A stretch of DNA of 64,000 bases from Leucoraja ocellata (Eukaryota). The notes below the pieces were generated by a model. That model had not been told where the DNA came from. It worked only from the letters and a program-made list of their open reading frames with translations, and ran no database searches. The translations under genes and the position numbers were made by a program. Every line of letters begins with the position of its first letter. Positions within the stretch are counted from its first letter, which is position 1. The stretch lies in NCBI GenBank assembly GCA_036785375.1, contig JAWMAR010000214.1:1612001-1676000 (forward strand), in the 5' to 3' direction. Below, in pieces: positions 37,580 to 50,244 of this stretch.

Positions 37580-38099
37580 GGCAATTTAAATCTGGGACAA
37601 TTCGGGCCAGCAAAGTAGGCTCTCTGCATCCCAATCCAATGGGTGTGTGCGCAGTTTGGGTCGGGGTTCAATTGAAGATAGTGGGCCCACACCAGCAGGA
37701 TCTAGCCTAGTTATTAATAATCCAAGACCTGCTTTTTATTTCTGGTTTCAGCTAGATTTTAATGTGTGTATCAATAGGACGATTAAGGTCACTAATATTA
37801 ACGTGTGATCAATAGAACTAATACAATTAGCTTCAGTGAGCTGATCAGATAAATATTTGGTCAAATATAAATCTTCTAAGATCCTTGAGTGTGGGGATAG
37901 GTTCCAAGGTCTTTTGTCACATCTTAAAGCATGATAAGTGATGTTGCCCACAGACTATCAGGACACCTTGTGTCCATAAAGCGGCATTCGTGCATGCTCA
38001 AACACCTCCGGGAAAAATACACTAAACTTTAAAAAATGTTGTTGTGAAGTTCAGACTTTCTAATCGCCAATGTAAAAACAGCAATTGTGATGTCGGAAA

Positions 38100-38879
38100 A
38101 AAGACACAAAGAGATGGAGTAACTCAACAGGTCAGGCAGCATCTCGGGATAAATGATGTTTCGGGTCCCGATTCGTGTTCAGAAGAATTGTGGGGGGGAG
38201 GAGGGGGAGAAGAAAACTGGAAGATGGGAGGGGCATCCAAAGTTTGGCAGGTAATAGGTTTATATAAGTGAGGGGAGGGGTGGGGGTGTTGATAGGCAGA
38301 TGGCGGGCAAACGCCAGAGATGAAAAGACAGATAAGATCATGTGATCATGAGATCATAAGTGATAGAATTTGAATTAGGCCATTCGGCCCATCAAGACTA
38401 CTCCACCATTCAATTATGGCTGATCTTTCTCTCCCTCCTAGACCCATTCTCCTGCCTTCTCCCCATAATCTCTTTCACCCGATATGAGACAAAAGGATAG
38501 AACAGTTTCAAATTGTGAAGCTGGAGAAAGGAATGTAGGTGAAAGGTACCCAAGTGTAATGTGAGGTGTTGTTCCTCTAGTTTACCTGTGGCCTCACTCT
38601 GGCAATATAGGAGGCACAGGACAGGAAGGTCAGTATGGGGACAGGAAGTGGAGTTAAAATGGGAATTAGGAATCGTGAATGTACAACAACTCATATTCCA
38701 CTTAGGATACAATCCAATCGTATGTTTCCCAATGTAGCCTATTGTACATTGGCGAGACCAAGCGTAGACCTCCGCTCAGTCAGCCAAAGCCCATGGGATC
38801 CCATACTTGACCCGCTAAGTTACTCCAGCACCTTGTGTCTTTATTTGGAAACCAACATCTGCCGTTTCTTGTATCCACA
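38100..38879. mobile_element. Rearranged Penelope-like element with inverted ends and a nested CR1 tail (~38340-38480)
   Basis: Minus strand HFNSTS...LLYCQSEATGKLEEQHL; plus strand TACATTGGCGAGACCAAGCGTAGA (YIGETKRR, GIY-YIG). Confidence 0.8.
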
Positions 38880-39359
38880 ATTGTGATGTCAGAATGGTCC
38901 TTTGTCTGTGGGGACCACTTGGTGATTCAAAGGCATAACGTGGAATTTGGGCTCGTGGCGAGATATGAAAGGTATATATCTTATTTGAGACATGGGTATC
39001 CAATTTTTGCATTCTTAATAATTGTTATATCTGAAAGTTTATAGGTTAATGAAAGTTTGAGCATCAGATTTGTCACTCACGAGGGGGATAACATTTAGGA
39101 TATATACTTTGCATACTCATATTATTCTATGCTCTCCTGTTAGTTGTTTTTATATGAGCATCATTTTTGAATAAGATCTTTTTTAAATTAAGCCCAGTTT
39201 TAAAAGGATAGCCTGAGTAAAAGTAAAGAAATGAAAAGAAAGCTTGGAGTAAATATGCAGCTTATGTGTAAGTGAATAATGGAAACAAATCATATTCAGG
39301 ATGGAAATCTAGAGAGTATTATAGCAAATCCATCTGTTGGTCTATTGTTTCAATTTAAG

Positions 39360-39728
39360 TGTTTGAAAGGGGTTGGACAGGCTAGATGCAGGAAGATTGT
39401 TCCCGATGTTGGGGAAGTCCAGAACAAGGGGTCTCAGTTTAAGGATAAGGGGGAAATCTTTTAGGGCCAAGATGAGGAAAACATTTTTCACACAGAGAGT
39501 GGTGAATCTCTGGAACTCTCCGCCACAGAAGGTAGTTGAGGCCAGTTCATTGGCTATATTTAAGAGGGAGTTAGATGTGGCCCTTGTGGCTAACAGGATC
39601 AGGGGGTATGGAGAGAAGGCAGGTACAGGATACTGAGTTGGATGATCAGCCATGATCATATTGAATGACGGTGCAAGCTCGAAGGGCCGAATGGCCTACT
39701 CCTGCACCTATTTTCTATGTTTCTATGT
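39360..39728 (+). mobile_element. Young CR1/HER1 3' fragment
   Basis: Nearly identical to 13655-14019. Confidence 0.95.
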
Positions 39729-40295
39729 AATACTTAATCTAATAATTTTACTGGTATTTCCAGTGGACTTTAACATCAGTTATTTTTTAAATGGTATTGA
39801 TTTAATAGTTAAGTTGTAATATTAAAAAATTGGGAAAGGAATTTGGGCTAATTAGTCATTTGAAACTGAAATTTTTAATTAATATCAGTCTTTTTATCTG
39901 GACATAAGCATAGAATCTATTTTGATAATAGTGCAGCTTGCATTACGTACCATTGTTACTGCCTTTAACAAAGTTAAATCATATTGGAAAGAATTTAATG
40001 ATCTCAGCTAGCTTTAGTCATTGTACTGCAACGCCTATTCTGTTTGGTGATGACCAGAGGATCTGCTGAGCCTCGCTTTTGTGAAAATCACTGTGATTCT
40101 AACATCGGTCCAGATTTTTTAGTCAGTGGCAGAAAACTAGCAATTGGCTGCACTGGAAAAACTGCAAACTTCAAGCAATTACATGTGGCTTCTATTCATC
40201 CTCTCCTGAGACTGTTTACTGTCTGGTATTCTAACCAACCTGTGGGATCTGGAAATAATGATGTGATTAAGTCTGAATCATAGAAGATTTGAATG

Positions 40296-40748
40296 CAAAA
40301 TTGTCCCGTGTGTAGGGTAATGTTAATGTATGGGGATCGCTGGTCGGCACTGACTCGGCGGGCCGAAGGACCCGTTTCCGGACTATAACTCAAAACTAAA
40401 CTAAACTAGTTGCTTTGTTCTGGATGGTAAAGAACTCCTTGACGATTGTCAAGAGTTAGTCGTTTAATCGTCATATGTTTCTTGAAACTGGTTGTCACGG
40501 TTTTCAGGCTTTTGTACCTTCCCAACTGTCGGTGTGAAATGAGAGCACGGCCAGGGTGAAGTGGGTATTTGACAAATCCGGCCCACCTCTATGAGGCATT
40601 GCCACATATAAATTCCTTCAATGGTTGGGAGGCCAGTGCCTGTGATGGGCGACCACTCTCTGTAATCTCCTTTGTTCCTGGACATTCAAGTTGCCAAACC
40701 AGGATGTGCGACCACTGGTTAGTATGCTCTGCACTGCACACGTGGAGA
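40296..40748. mobile_element. HE1 tail (+, ~40296-40409) and Rex1 fragment (-, ~40445-40748)
   Basis: GGGCCGAAGGACCCGTTTCC...CTAAACTAAAC; ITGTGLPTIEGIY. Confidence 0.7.
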
Positions 40749-41941
40749 TAAACAAACAATGCTGCCATTGCCAATGTGCACATCCTGCAAGCTATTTAAA
40801 TTTTTAAAATGAACATGTTCTATAAAATGCCATTAGCGACATGGAGTAATGATTACCAGTGTTGACAGTTTTGCTGTAAAGACATTAGCAATCTTGAGGC
40901 CAATATATAGGAAATAAAGAGAATCCAGTGTTGAATCATTGACATTAGACAGCAACTGGTGATATTCTGACCATGACTTAACTAATATACACATAGTCAG
41001 CTTATGATCAGCATTCGTGCTTAACTAGGGGAAAGGTAAATTGGTAACGAGGATGCTCTCTTGTTTGTGGGATGTCAAGTTTATAACATTTTAGGTAATA
41101 TATCTTCGAAACACTATCCACAATGAAAGACGGTGGCAATGGCTCTAGCTTTGTGAATTTACAACATTTCACATATTTCTAACAAATGGAATTGATTAAA
41201 ATGGCCTTTCTTGGTTGTAAAAATGTCCATGTTAAGTCCAAATTGCTGTAGAAAGGACTTGAATTTGAAGCAAACATGATGACATCCTTCTAAAAGAATG
41301 TCTCAAACGTGCAAAATACCTATATTTCTCGCAGCAGAGCTGCTCTTATTATTTGTGTGCCTAGGATTAATTTGAGGCCAGCAAACTGAACACAATTTGG
41401 ACGGAGTCCATAATTTTGACTTTGAGTTGGCTGTAATAAACATATGAAGTAATGGTGAAACCGGGACCTTCTGGTTCTGATTGAATGCTGTTGTGTTCAT
41501 GCCTTTTCATTTCATTGTGTTGTTTTATTTATCATGATTCTGACGTACAGCTGCAATTTGGTATTGATTGTATATTTTCAAGTTGATGGTTGTGGATTTT
41601 GGTGGGCAGATGTTGTAGAAAATAGCAAACGAATAAGTCCCATGTTATGCTGTTTCGGTATGTTTGAGTTTCTACAGCAATACATTCATCAAAATTTGGG
41701 GCCTGGTTAAACTGTAGGAAACATGAATAGTTCACAGTGAAAGTATGCTTGTAAATGTGGTCAAATATTACTGCTTGTAAAGGCAGAAAACTTAAATAAA
41801 CTGTGTACGTTCAGAGAACTGTTTATTATTTTACACATAATAGCCTGATCATATCAAGGCTAGGTTGAAATTAATTTCTATTTACTTCTTTAAAAACAGC
41901 AACAACAAAAATTTTAACTGTATATTTTCTTTTCCTGTATC

Positions 41942-42989
41942 TAGCAATGTTACAAAATTTTGAGATTTAAAAAATCAAGTCTGCAATTTATCCCATCAGA
42001 TAAAGCATAAAAAGAAGTTTAATTTGACACCTAATTCACTTTCATATCTCAAGTATTTAAAAGGTTATGGCCATTTTCACACTCGGAAATTAGCATCTTG
42101 TTCCCTATTGATTTTCTATGGACATAACAAAAAAGCTGTGATCGTGGACAGTCAAAATCCCATAACTTTCTTAAAAATTAAGAGAACTGAATGAAATGTT
42201 CAGTTATCATAGATTGAAGCATTCTGAAACAAATATAAAATAATCTTACTTGGATGACCTGAAATTAAAGCATATAATTAGTTAGTTACCTAATTGTAGC
42301 TAATTCCAAACTTCAATTACTAGATCTAAACATCTATCCATTTCTTAATAAATGATTAACATTTTTAAATAGCCTAAGTGTCCAAATAATATTCACAAAC
42401 AATTCACAATAAAACATGATTTTTAAATCTCATTTACATTAATTTATACGCCAAATGGACGGAATTTAGTGTTTAATTGCTGTAAATTGAAGTCAATTTA
42501 AATCAGCTTTCTAGTGGGATCCTGTGAACGCGCTGGTTTAGAACGTTCACATTGCGGTAGATTTGTGCCTCAAATGCCCAGAAAAATACTGCGCGATATA
42601 ATGGGCCCAAAATTAGCTACTCGCAACATTAAACTTTGTATAAAGGGACCTTAAGAAGCCCTTTTTAATGTAAAAATAAACAGCCTATCTTCCGTTTTCC
42701 CCTGTATGAGATCTGGCCCGTTGTCGGCGGTCAGGGGTTTAGAGGTTAATTTTTAACCTACTATAACAATTAAATAAAACCCTTAAAACTAATAATAGCT
42801 CAAGCGAGGGAATCTTCCAGCGATTTTTCGTTAATAATTAACTAGGCTGAAAAACCTCGATTTGAACAGCCTAGGGAAAATCGCATTTTAAACCCACCCC
42901 CCCCCCCCCCTCTAAACGGCGCCAAAATCACGCACACGGGCTGGGACAGATTTTTAACGACGCTTCAGGTACGTTTTGCAACATACCTA
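41942..42989. mobile_element. Non-autonomous TIR DNA transposon with a 7-bp TSD
   Basis: Termini TAGCAATGTTACAAAA / TTTTGCAACATACCTA; CTGTATC is duplicated at 41935-41941 and 42990-42996. Confidence 0.75.
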
Positions 42990-43734
42990 CTGTATCTTCT
43001 ATTCTGGGTAGAGGTTCTGGATTTATTAGTAGCAGTTTTTAATCTTAATGTTTGACCCTTGCCTTAGCTGTAACAGGGCCAATTACAATGTTAACATTTA
43101 CCCACAAGTTGTTTAATTTTTTTTTTTTGCATAGTAATTTGCAAAAAACATAAACTGATAATTGCAGGCTGATGGAAACGACCAAGAAACAAGACTGGTA
43201 AATGTGGACATCCAGACATCCTTAACCAATCAAATTGAAGGGTTGAGAAATAGCGGAATAATCCATAAATCTCCAATAATTAATGTCAGAAGGACTAAGA
43301 CTACTACCACTGCCACCACCCTTTCATCAATTTCTGTTTTTTCAGTGCCAAAACACAATTATTTCCAATTAAAGGCTGCCATTTTTAAGGTTTCTTAAAG
43401 TAACGTAAATTATTGACTGTGGCAGATTTTATTTTTATCTATTTTCACATGCAGTGACTTCATAGATTTCAGTTTATCTCATTAGTGAAGCAGACATTGG
43501 AAGTTATTTTCATAAAGTTATTAGCACTGTTGAGCAACCCAGGGCAGTCATTTTCCAGACCAGGCAAAAACAGCAGCCGTTACTAATCTGAACTAAATAT
43601 AGAAAATGTTGGAAATAAGGAGTTGGTCTGGCACCATCAATGGAGAGAGAAACAGATTTAATGTATCTGGTTGGTGATCTGTTTGCTTTTGTTTTATTAG
43701 TAAGGACACCCAGTTTGCATCTGCCCCTCAAGCA

Positions 43735-44030
43735 AAGTCAACACAGTGGTAGAGCTGCTTCCTTACAGCGCCAGACACCCGGGTACGATTACTGGTGCTG
43801 CCTGTATGGAGTTTGTCTGTTCTCCCTGTGAATGCATGGGTTTTCTCCGGGTGCTCCGGTTTCCTCACGCACTCCAAAGACATACATGCTTGCAGGTTAT
43901 TTGGCTTCAGTAAGAATTGTAAATAGTAAATTGGCTCCAATGTGTAGGATAGTGCTAGTGCTAGTGCGTACATGGTGATTATTGGTCGATGCAATCTGGG
44001 TCGACTGAAGGGCCTGTTTACGTGCTGGAG
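43735..44030 (+). mobile_element. HE1-type V-SINE
   Basis: Canonical V-domain GGGTTTTCTCCGGGTGCTCCGGTTTCCTC. Confidence 0.88.
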
Positions 44031-44479
44031 TCGCGACGCTGAATATGCTAAAAGAAAATAGGAAGTGCTATTTAGTGTTACTTTACTTCAACAGCAGACT
44101 ATTGCAATGTAATGTAATATCTTTAGGACTATAGCACCTGTTTAATATGTGTGTATTAATAATGTAAATTAGGTACATATGCAGAAAAACAATATGTGAT
44201 ATATATATTCACACTGTCCTGAGACAAAATTGAACAGTATTTTAAAATACTTATGTAGTAGTGAGATACCATTGATTCAACAATGTAAATATACATATGC
44301 AGATATTAATATAGTACATTGATGTCAGTATTTCAAATGAAATCTTGATAAACTTAATAGACTGTTTTAAATTGTAGACCTTCAATTCTCTTTAGTATTA
44401 AAACATTCTTCTCAAAACCACAAAATAACCAATCATTGTATAGTATAGCTGCTGCTCTCCCACTCTTCGACCCTGTTCT

Positions 44480-44650
44480 GACCCAGACTCATTCCACCTA
44501 TCATTTGCCAAACGTTTTCCCATTCCCGTCTCTTTTCCAGCTTTCTCCCCCTGTGACAGCCTGAAGGAGGGTCTTGACCTAAAATATCACCCATCCATGT
44601 ACTCCAGAGATGCTGCCTGACCTGCTGTTTGCTCTAGCTCTTTGGGTTCT
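44480..44650 (+). mobile_element. Decayed Penelope terminal repeat
   Basis: CTGAAGGAGGGTCTTGACC...CCAGAGATGCTGCCTGACC. Confidence 0.65.
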
Positions 44651-45228
44651 ACTGCTTGTAGAACATCGGTTGATGCTGTGCCAAGAAAATGGCCCTAACA
44701 CTTAAGTTCATCTGTCTAAACAGTGTGTACAAACTGTGAAAGGCTCTCTGTAAAAGCAAGAATTTTACTATGCATTCTTTAAACAAAATTTGTCAAAGCC
44801 AGATGTATCCTGAAGACATGTGTTAAGCTGACATCATTTGTACAAATATTTGTCTTACAAAATGAAGATCATAGTTCTACAACAAGGATCCTGGCCCTTT
44901 GGCCCACTGCGTCCATGTCGATTTTTTTCACCCATCTACACTAAAACAATTATCCTGCAATACAACCATATCCTTCTACGCCTTGACTATTTCAGTGTCT
45001 GTTTAAATGCCTCTTAAATGTACTAATTGTATCTTATTGTACCATCTTCTGTGGCAGTGTGTACTCCGGATATCAGGCAGTGTATCATGTGAAGGAAAAA
45101 ACTTCCCCCTCAAATCCGTTTCAAAACACCTTCCTCTCACGTTAAATTTATGTCCCCTTGTCTTTGAGATCCCTTCCATGGGAAAAGGATTTTGACCATT
45201 TATCCCATCCATGCCTCTTGAAATGTTG

Positions 45229-45428
45229 GCCCAGATGATGTAGTCATCGATGTAGTGGATAAAAAATTTGGGGGATAGGGCCAGTGTATGCCCGAAGCAA
45301 GGACTGTTATACATAACCATCACAAAAGCAAGCTTTGGTGAGGGCCCATGTGAGTGCCAAAGGCTACACCTTTAACTCGGAGAAAGTGAGAGGAGTCGAC
45401 AGAGAGGTTGTTGAGAGTGAGGACAAGT
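45229..45428 (-). mobile_element. Penelope-like reverse transcriptase fragment
   Basis: LVLTLNN.S.DSSHFLRVKGVAFGTHMGP and HYIDDYI (PLE-type YIDD). Confidence 0.8.
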
Positions 45429-46274
45429 ATGCCAAACGGGTTATTCACCACCCTGTCGACTTGTGTTGCCACTTTCAAGGAACTTTCAACCTTTCTGTTG
45501 TGCCTTCCCATCTTCAGTGTATATGCTACCCTATTTGACTTCCCAAATTGTGGCTCCTCGCATTTGTTGGGATAAAATTACATCTGCTAATGCTTCTCCC
45601 AACTTTCAACCTAATCTATATCCATCAACCTTTCCTGCTATCCACAACAAAGCTAACTTTCTTGTCATCTGCAACTTTACTAATCCTACATCCTACATTC
45701 ACATTTGTTATTAATATATCTCACAGATTTCAAAGGTCTTCCTACCGATTAGCCAGCTTGCCTTGGAGTCTGTGTGTCTGAACGTTCTGGACCAGCCTAC
45801 TATCAGAACTTTGCCAAATGCTTTACTAAAGTTCGTATAGATAACATCTAGCACCCTGCCTTTCTCAATTTCCTTCATCAGTATCTCTTCAAAAATTCAA
45901 TTGAATTACTAAGACACAATTTCTCTTGCTGATTATCCTAAATCAGTCCCCTGCCTTTCCAAATGAACATTAATCCATTCCCTTAGAATTTTCTCCAATA
46001 ATTTCCCCACCACTAATGTAAGGTTGCAGCTACCCTGTTTATGGCCTACTCTTCTTAAATGAAAGAACAACATTAGTGTCCTGGCTCCTCGGTACAGAAA
46101 ATGTATTTGCAGAAATCTCAGTTTGGGCCCCAGCAATCTCCTCCTTGTTTCCCATATAATTCTGAGGTAGATCTTACCCAGCCCTGGGGATTATCAGCCC
46201 TTATGTGTTCAAGACATCTAAAGTCTCCACCTTAACACTGACATGCTCCAAACTATTTCATGTATCACTCATGT

Positions 46275-46728
46275 TGTAGTGGCAGATATTACATCGTCTC
46301 AAGGATTTAGTCCTCGATAGTCACTTTAATTGATGACCGAGGATCAGAATGTAATGAGTACGCACCCACGAGCTCTCCACGAGACATTCAATGCTGTCGA
46401 AAGATAAATCTTCCGACAACACTCTTGATTAATAGTTTCTTTATTGTAGTAGTACAAACAGTAAGATAATTCATACTAGCTTCTTCTTGTCTAAGTACAT
46501 TTCAATCATACTCGTGGTCATGCTCATGCATGGTCAAAAACTATGTATCTTCCCCAATCTTCTTCGAACTAAATTAAACTAAACTCCTTGGGAGTCTGCG
46601 CGAGAATCCCAGCCGCAAACACACCTCAGACTACGTATAAATCCCGCCCACATAATTACAGGCAGATAAAATCTAAAGGTAACTGGTTAAAGTTATAACA
46701 TACTGAGTTAAGCTCAATGGCTACAACA
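46275..46728 (-). mobile_element. Solo LTR (454 bp)
   Basis: TG...CA ends; 5-bp TSD CATGT (46270-46274 and 46729-46733); TATA-like and AATAAA signals in order on the minus strand. Confidence 0.75.
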
Positions 46729-48497
46729 CATGTGCTTCCTACCCTCCACCTCCTTTTACTTGGTAAATAAGAAGTATTAATCTAGGACCATGCTCACATC
46801 CCATGGCTCCCACATAGATTGCTCCTTTTGTGCCGATGGTGATCCACTCGTTCCCTAGCTACCCTGACGCAACCCTGACGCAACCCTGATGCTACCCTGA
46901 CCTACCCTACCAGCCAAGGATATTTCATGGCCTCTTACTTTCTTAAGTACTCGCCTACACCTATAAAGTAGTTAAGGGTAGAAGTTGTTGTGTTGCTTCG
47001 TGTTGGTTGACTTTAATTATTTGCACAAAGCACCTCCTCTTGTAACAAGTTCTGAAATGATTTGTTTTCACATGGAAAATATGAATGAGGTGAAATATGA
47101 TTTTTATTCTGCCTGACCAACGTGCTTACAATGTTTAATGCCGGTTGTGTGCATCCAAGTGTATAACTGTAAGACAACTGAAACATAGGATACAGCCTTT
47201 CAGTAAACATTATCTAACACAACAATTTCTTAATCTTTCAGGAGGCAAGTATTTTTTTTTCCTTTATAATACTTTTCATTCTTCTGAGAGCTTGCATTCT
47301 ACCATTTATATAACTGTCAGTGTTGGATTGGCATAACTCACTCGCGGAGCCACAGTATGGCTCATAGTATGAGTGACACTAATCTACACTGGAAACAGTG
47401 AATATTCTGAGTCTCATCAATATTCTAACTGTAATATTGAAGATTTAGGAGCCTGGATGCAATTCCAGCGTAACCTGCTGATATCCGAGCTCTACCACAG
47501 CCACTGGATACTAGACTTCATTGAACACTTGATACAATATGAATACAAACCAAATACCGGAGGGAAGTATGTCATTGCACTTGGAAAAAATTGACTTAAT
47601 ATTTGTTCATGAATTCTGGCAAAATGAAGTTAAAGAGCAAAAGTGATACTATAGAACGTATTTATGGTGAACGACGACAATTGTACTCGTAGAGCATTAC
47701 TGCAGGAGTTCCCTGGTGAGGTTACATTTAATAACGGCTGCCTTACTGATTTTCCTTCGATCAGAAGATCCAGAATTGGCCATTTATCTAATGAGTCCTA
47801 TGTTCACTCCATTTACAATTATAATTAATATAGAAGATTGTGCATGAGTATTGTGAGCGATCCTGGTCACCCCATTACAGGTAGAATGTGGAGGTTTTGG
47901 TGTGGGTGCAGAAGAGGTTTACCAGGATGTTGCCTGGATTAGCGGGTATTAGCTATGGGGAGACTTTGGAAATATTTTGAATTGTTTTCTTTGAAATGAC
48001 AGAAGCTGAAGGGAGACCTGTCTTCCCAAACAATTAAATGTTGTATTTATAGAGACCCTACATTTTACAATCCTCTCTTTCAAAAAATGGCAGCAAGTAG
48101 TTTTAAAAAGTGGAATATAAGGCGGAAAGTTTGATCAAATTGTTTGATCAAAAAGGAGTTTAGAAAAGCAGCAAGGTTTAGGGAGAAAATGCCAGTGCTT
48201 TCGGCCATTACATCTGAAGATGCAACAGCCAGTGATGAACCAGTTAAATTTTTGGATGCTAAAGAAACTCGAATTTGAGGAATGGAGAGATCTTCGAATG
48301 TTGTTGGTGCAGTGGAGAGCATAGAGTTTATAAACAACAGTGAGAATTTTAGAATCTTTAATTTGCCGTAGGGAGTAACTAATTATTACCTAAGATGTTT
48401 GCCTTGATGATAAACAAGGTTTTGAATGATGTAATGATACAGTTAGAATTAAAACCCCAGCAAGGGGGATATTAGAATGATCAAAAGTAGGGATTAA

Positions 48498-48807
48498 AAG
48501 CCCTGCCCCACGGTACGAGTTCATGCCAAGAGTTCTCCCGAGTTTGCGCTGATTCAAACTCGGAGATTTACGGTAATGGCCACTCGTCTGTACTTGGGGG
48601 TCTCGTGGACATTTTTCAACATGTTGAGCAACGAGTCTTCCCGTGCTTACCTGCCGTTAGCGAGTCTTCCCGAGTACCTGCCGTTAGTACTGAGAGACGT
48701 CCCCGAGCTCCGACGTACCCGCTACGTTCATTCTCCGTGCTTACTACGTTTTTTTTTTTAAACTCGGGAGAGCTGTTGGAATGAACTCATACCGTGGGAC
48801 AGAGCTT
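48498..48807. mobile_element. PIF/Harbinger-like MITE A
   Basis: TAA TSD; long imperfect TIR AAGCYCTGYCCCACGGTAYGAGTTCAT. Confidence 0.85.
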
Positions 48808-49423
48808 TAAGCTAAGTACAATGAGAATTTTTGAGATGGGGTGGAATTGGATTCAGAAGCGATGGAATGGGTGGTTTTATGGTCTGGTTATGTAGCCTGC
48901 AGCTCATTCTGCAGCAAAATATAAAACTGATGTTTAGTTTAGTTAGAGATACAGCGTGGAAACAGGCCCTTCGGCCCAACGGATCCACGCCGACCAGCGA
49001 TCCCTGCCCACAAGTGGCAGATTAGTGGATAGAAGGAGAGCAAAGTACAGCAGAGTGGCCTGTTGGGAGTGGGCTTGTTGAGGAAAGCCCATGTCGTGAA
49101 CAGTGTAATATGGTTTCAGATCAAAGGCAGGAAGAGGGATGGAGTTAATGGCTATGAACTGAGCTATGAAATGTTTATGTTTGGGACTGAGGACAATGAC
49201 ATCAGTCATTCAATTTCCACCAATTTGTGGTTAGTTTGGAACAAATATTACATTTGAGGTTTAATTGCAATCATTTAAAGGCCATTTGCTAATGAACATT
49301 TTATTGAGTGTTACCCCCATCTTTGTTTATTTCTGTTAACAAATTGTCAAAAGTCTGAACTGCATAAAATTGACAAATGTTGAAGTGCAGATGTTGGAAT
49401 CTTGAGCAAAACACAAAGTGTAA

Positions 49424-49920
49424 AGGGCCTGTCCCACGAGCATGCTACCTGCATGCGGCAAGCGCGACCAAACCGGAAGCGGGGGCCGCGCGGAGGTCGA
49501 GTGATCCCTGTACAGGACCGGTCCCACCAGCATGCGCCTGCATGCAGCGAGCGCGACCAAACCGGAAACGAGAGCCACGCGGAGGTCAAGTGAGTGACGT
49601 GAAGTCCGAGCGAAGTCCGCGGGAAGTTCGCGCGTGACGTACGGCGTCAAGACGCTGCGTACGGCGTCGAGACGCTGCGCACGCCCGTCGAGTGAGTGCG
49701 TACAGCATCGAGGCGGCTGCGGGCCGGCAGGCCATTGCCGCGCGGAATATTTGAACACGGTCAGTTTTTTGGAGCCCCGCGTGATGTCGGGACCAGCTCC
49801 ACACAACTCCATACGGCTCCGGCGATCGAAGTGGGACCGGCCCCGCGAGGCCGTACCGCTCAAGCGACCACGTTAGGTCGCACTTGCCGCATGGAGTCGC
49901 ATGCTCGTGGGACAGGCCCT
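49424..49920. mobile_element. PIF/Harbinger-like MITE B (CpG-rich), inserted in a Penelope palindrome (~49385-50080)
   Basis: TAA TSD; TIR AGGGCCTGTCCCACGAGCATGC; the host repeat resumes TAACTCAGTGGGTCAGGCAGCATC. Confidence 0.9.
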
Positions 49921-50244
49921 TAACTCAGTGGGTCAGGCAGCATCTTTAGAGGGAATGGATGGGAAACGTTTCAGGTCAAGGGGGCCCTTCTTCTGTCGGA
50001 AGAAGGTTCCCGATTTATAACATCACATATCCATTCCCTCCACAGTCTAAAGAAGGGTCCTGCATTTTGTTTTTTGCATGAGATTGAGAAATCTCATTTG
50101 ATGATTGAAGATAGATGAAATCAATGTGTATCTACTCTATTCCCCGATATATCAAGTAAGTCAAGCACATCTTGTATTTACACTGAGCCCTCTTAAAATG
50201 TTCTTCTTCCAAATATTGCAAAACTTTGACTTCTTATTCCATTG

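Larger units (their letters stand above)
44868..46960 (-). mobile_element. Old CR1 LINE carrying nested inserts
   Basis: TRGHKFNVRG and LTLVVGKLLEKILR motifs; interrupted by a Penelope RT fragment and a solo LTR. Confidence 0.75.

Noticed and set aside
46858-46910. 11-bp tandem ACCCTGACGCA
   Set aside because: Local slippage within a decayed CR1; no evidence of function.
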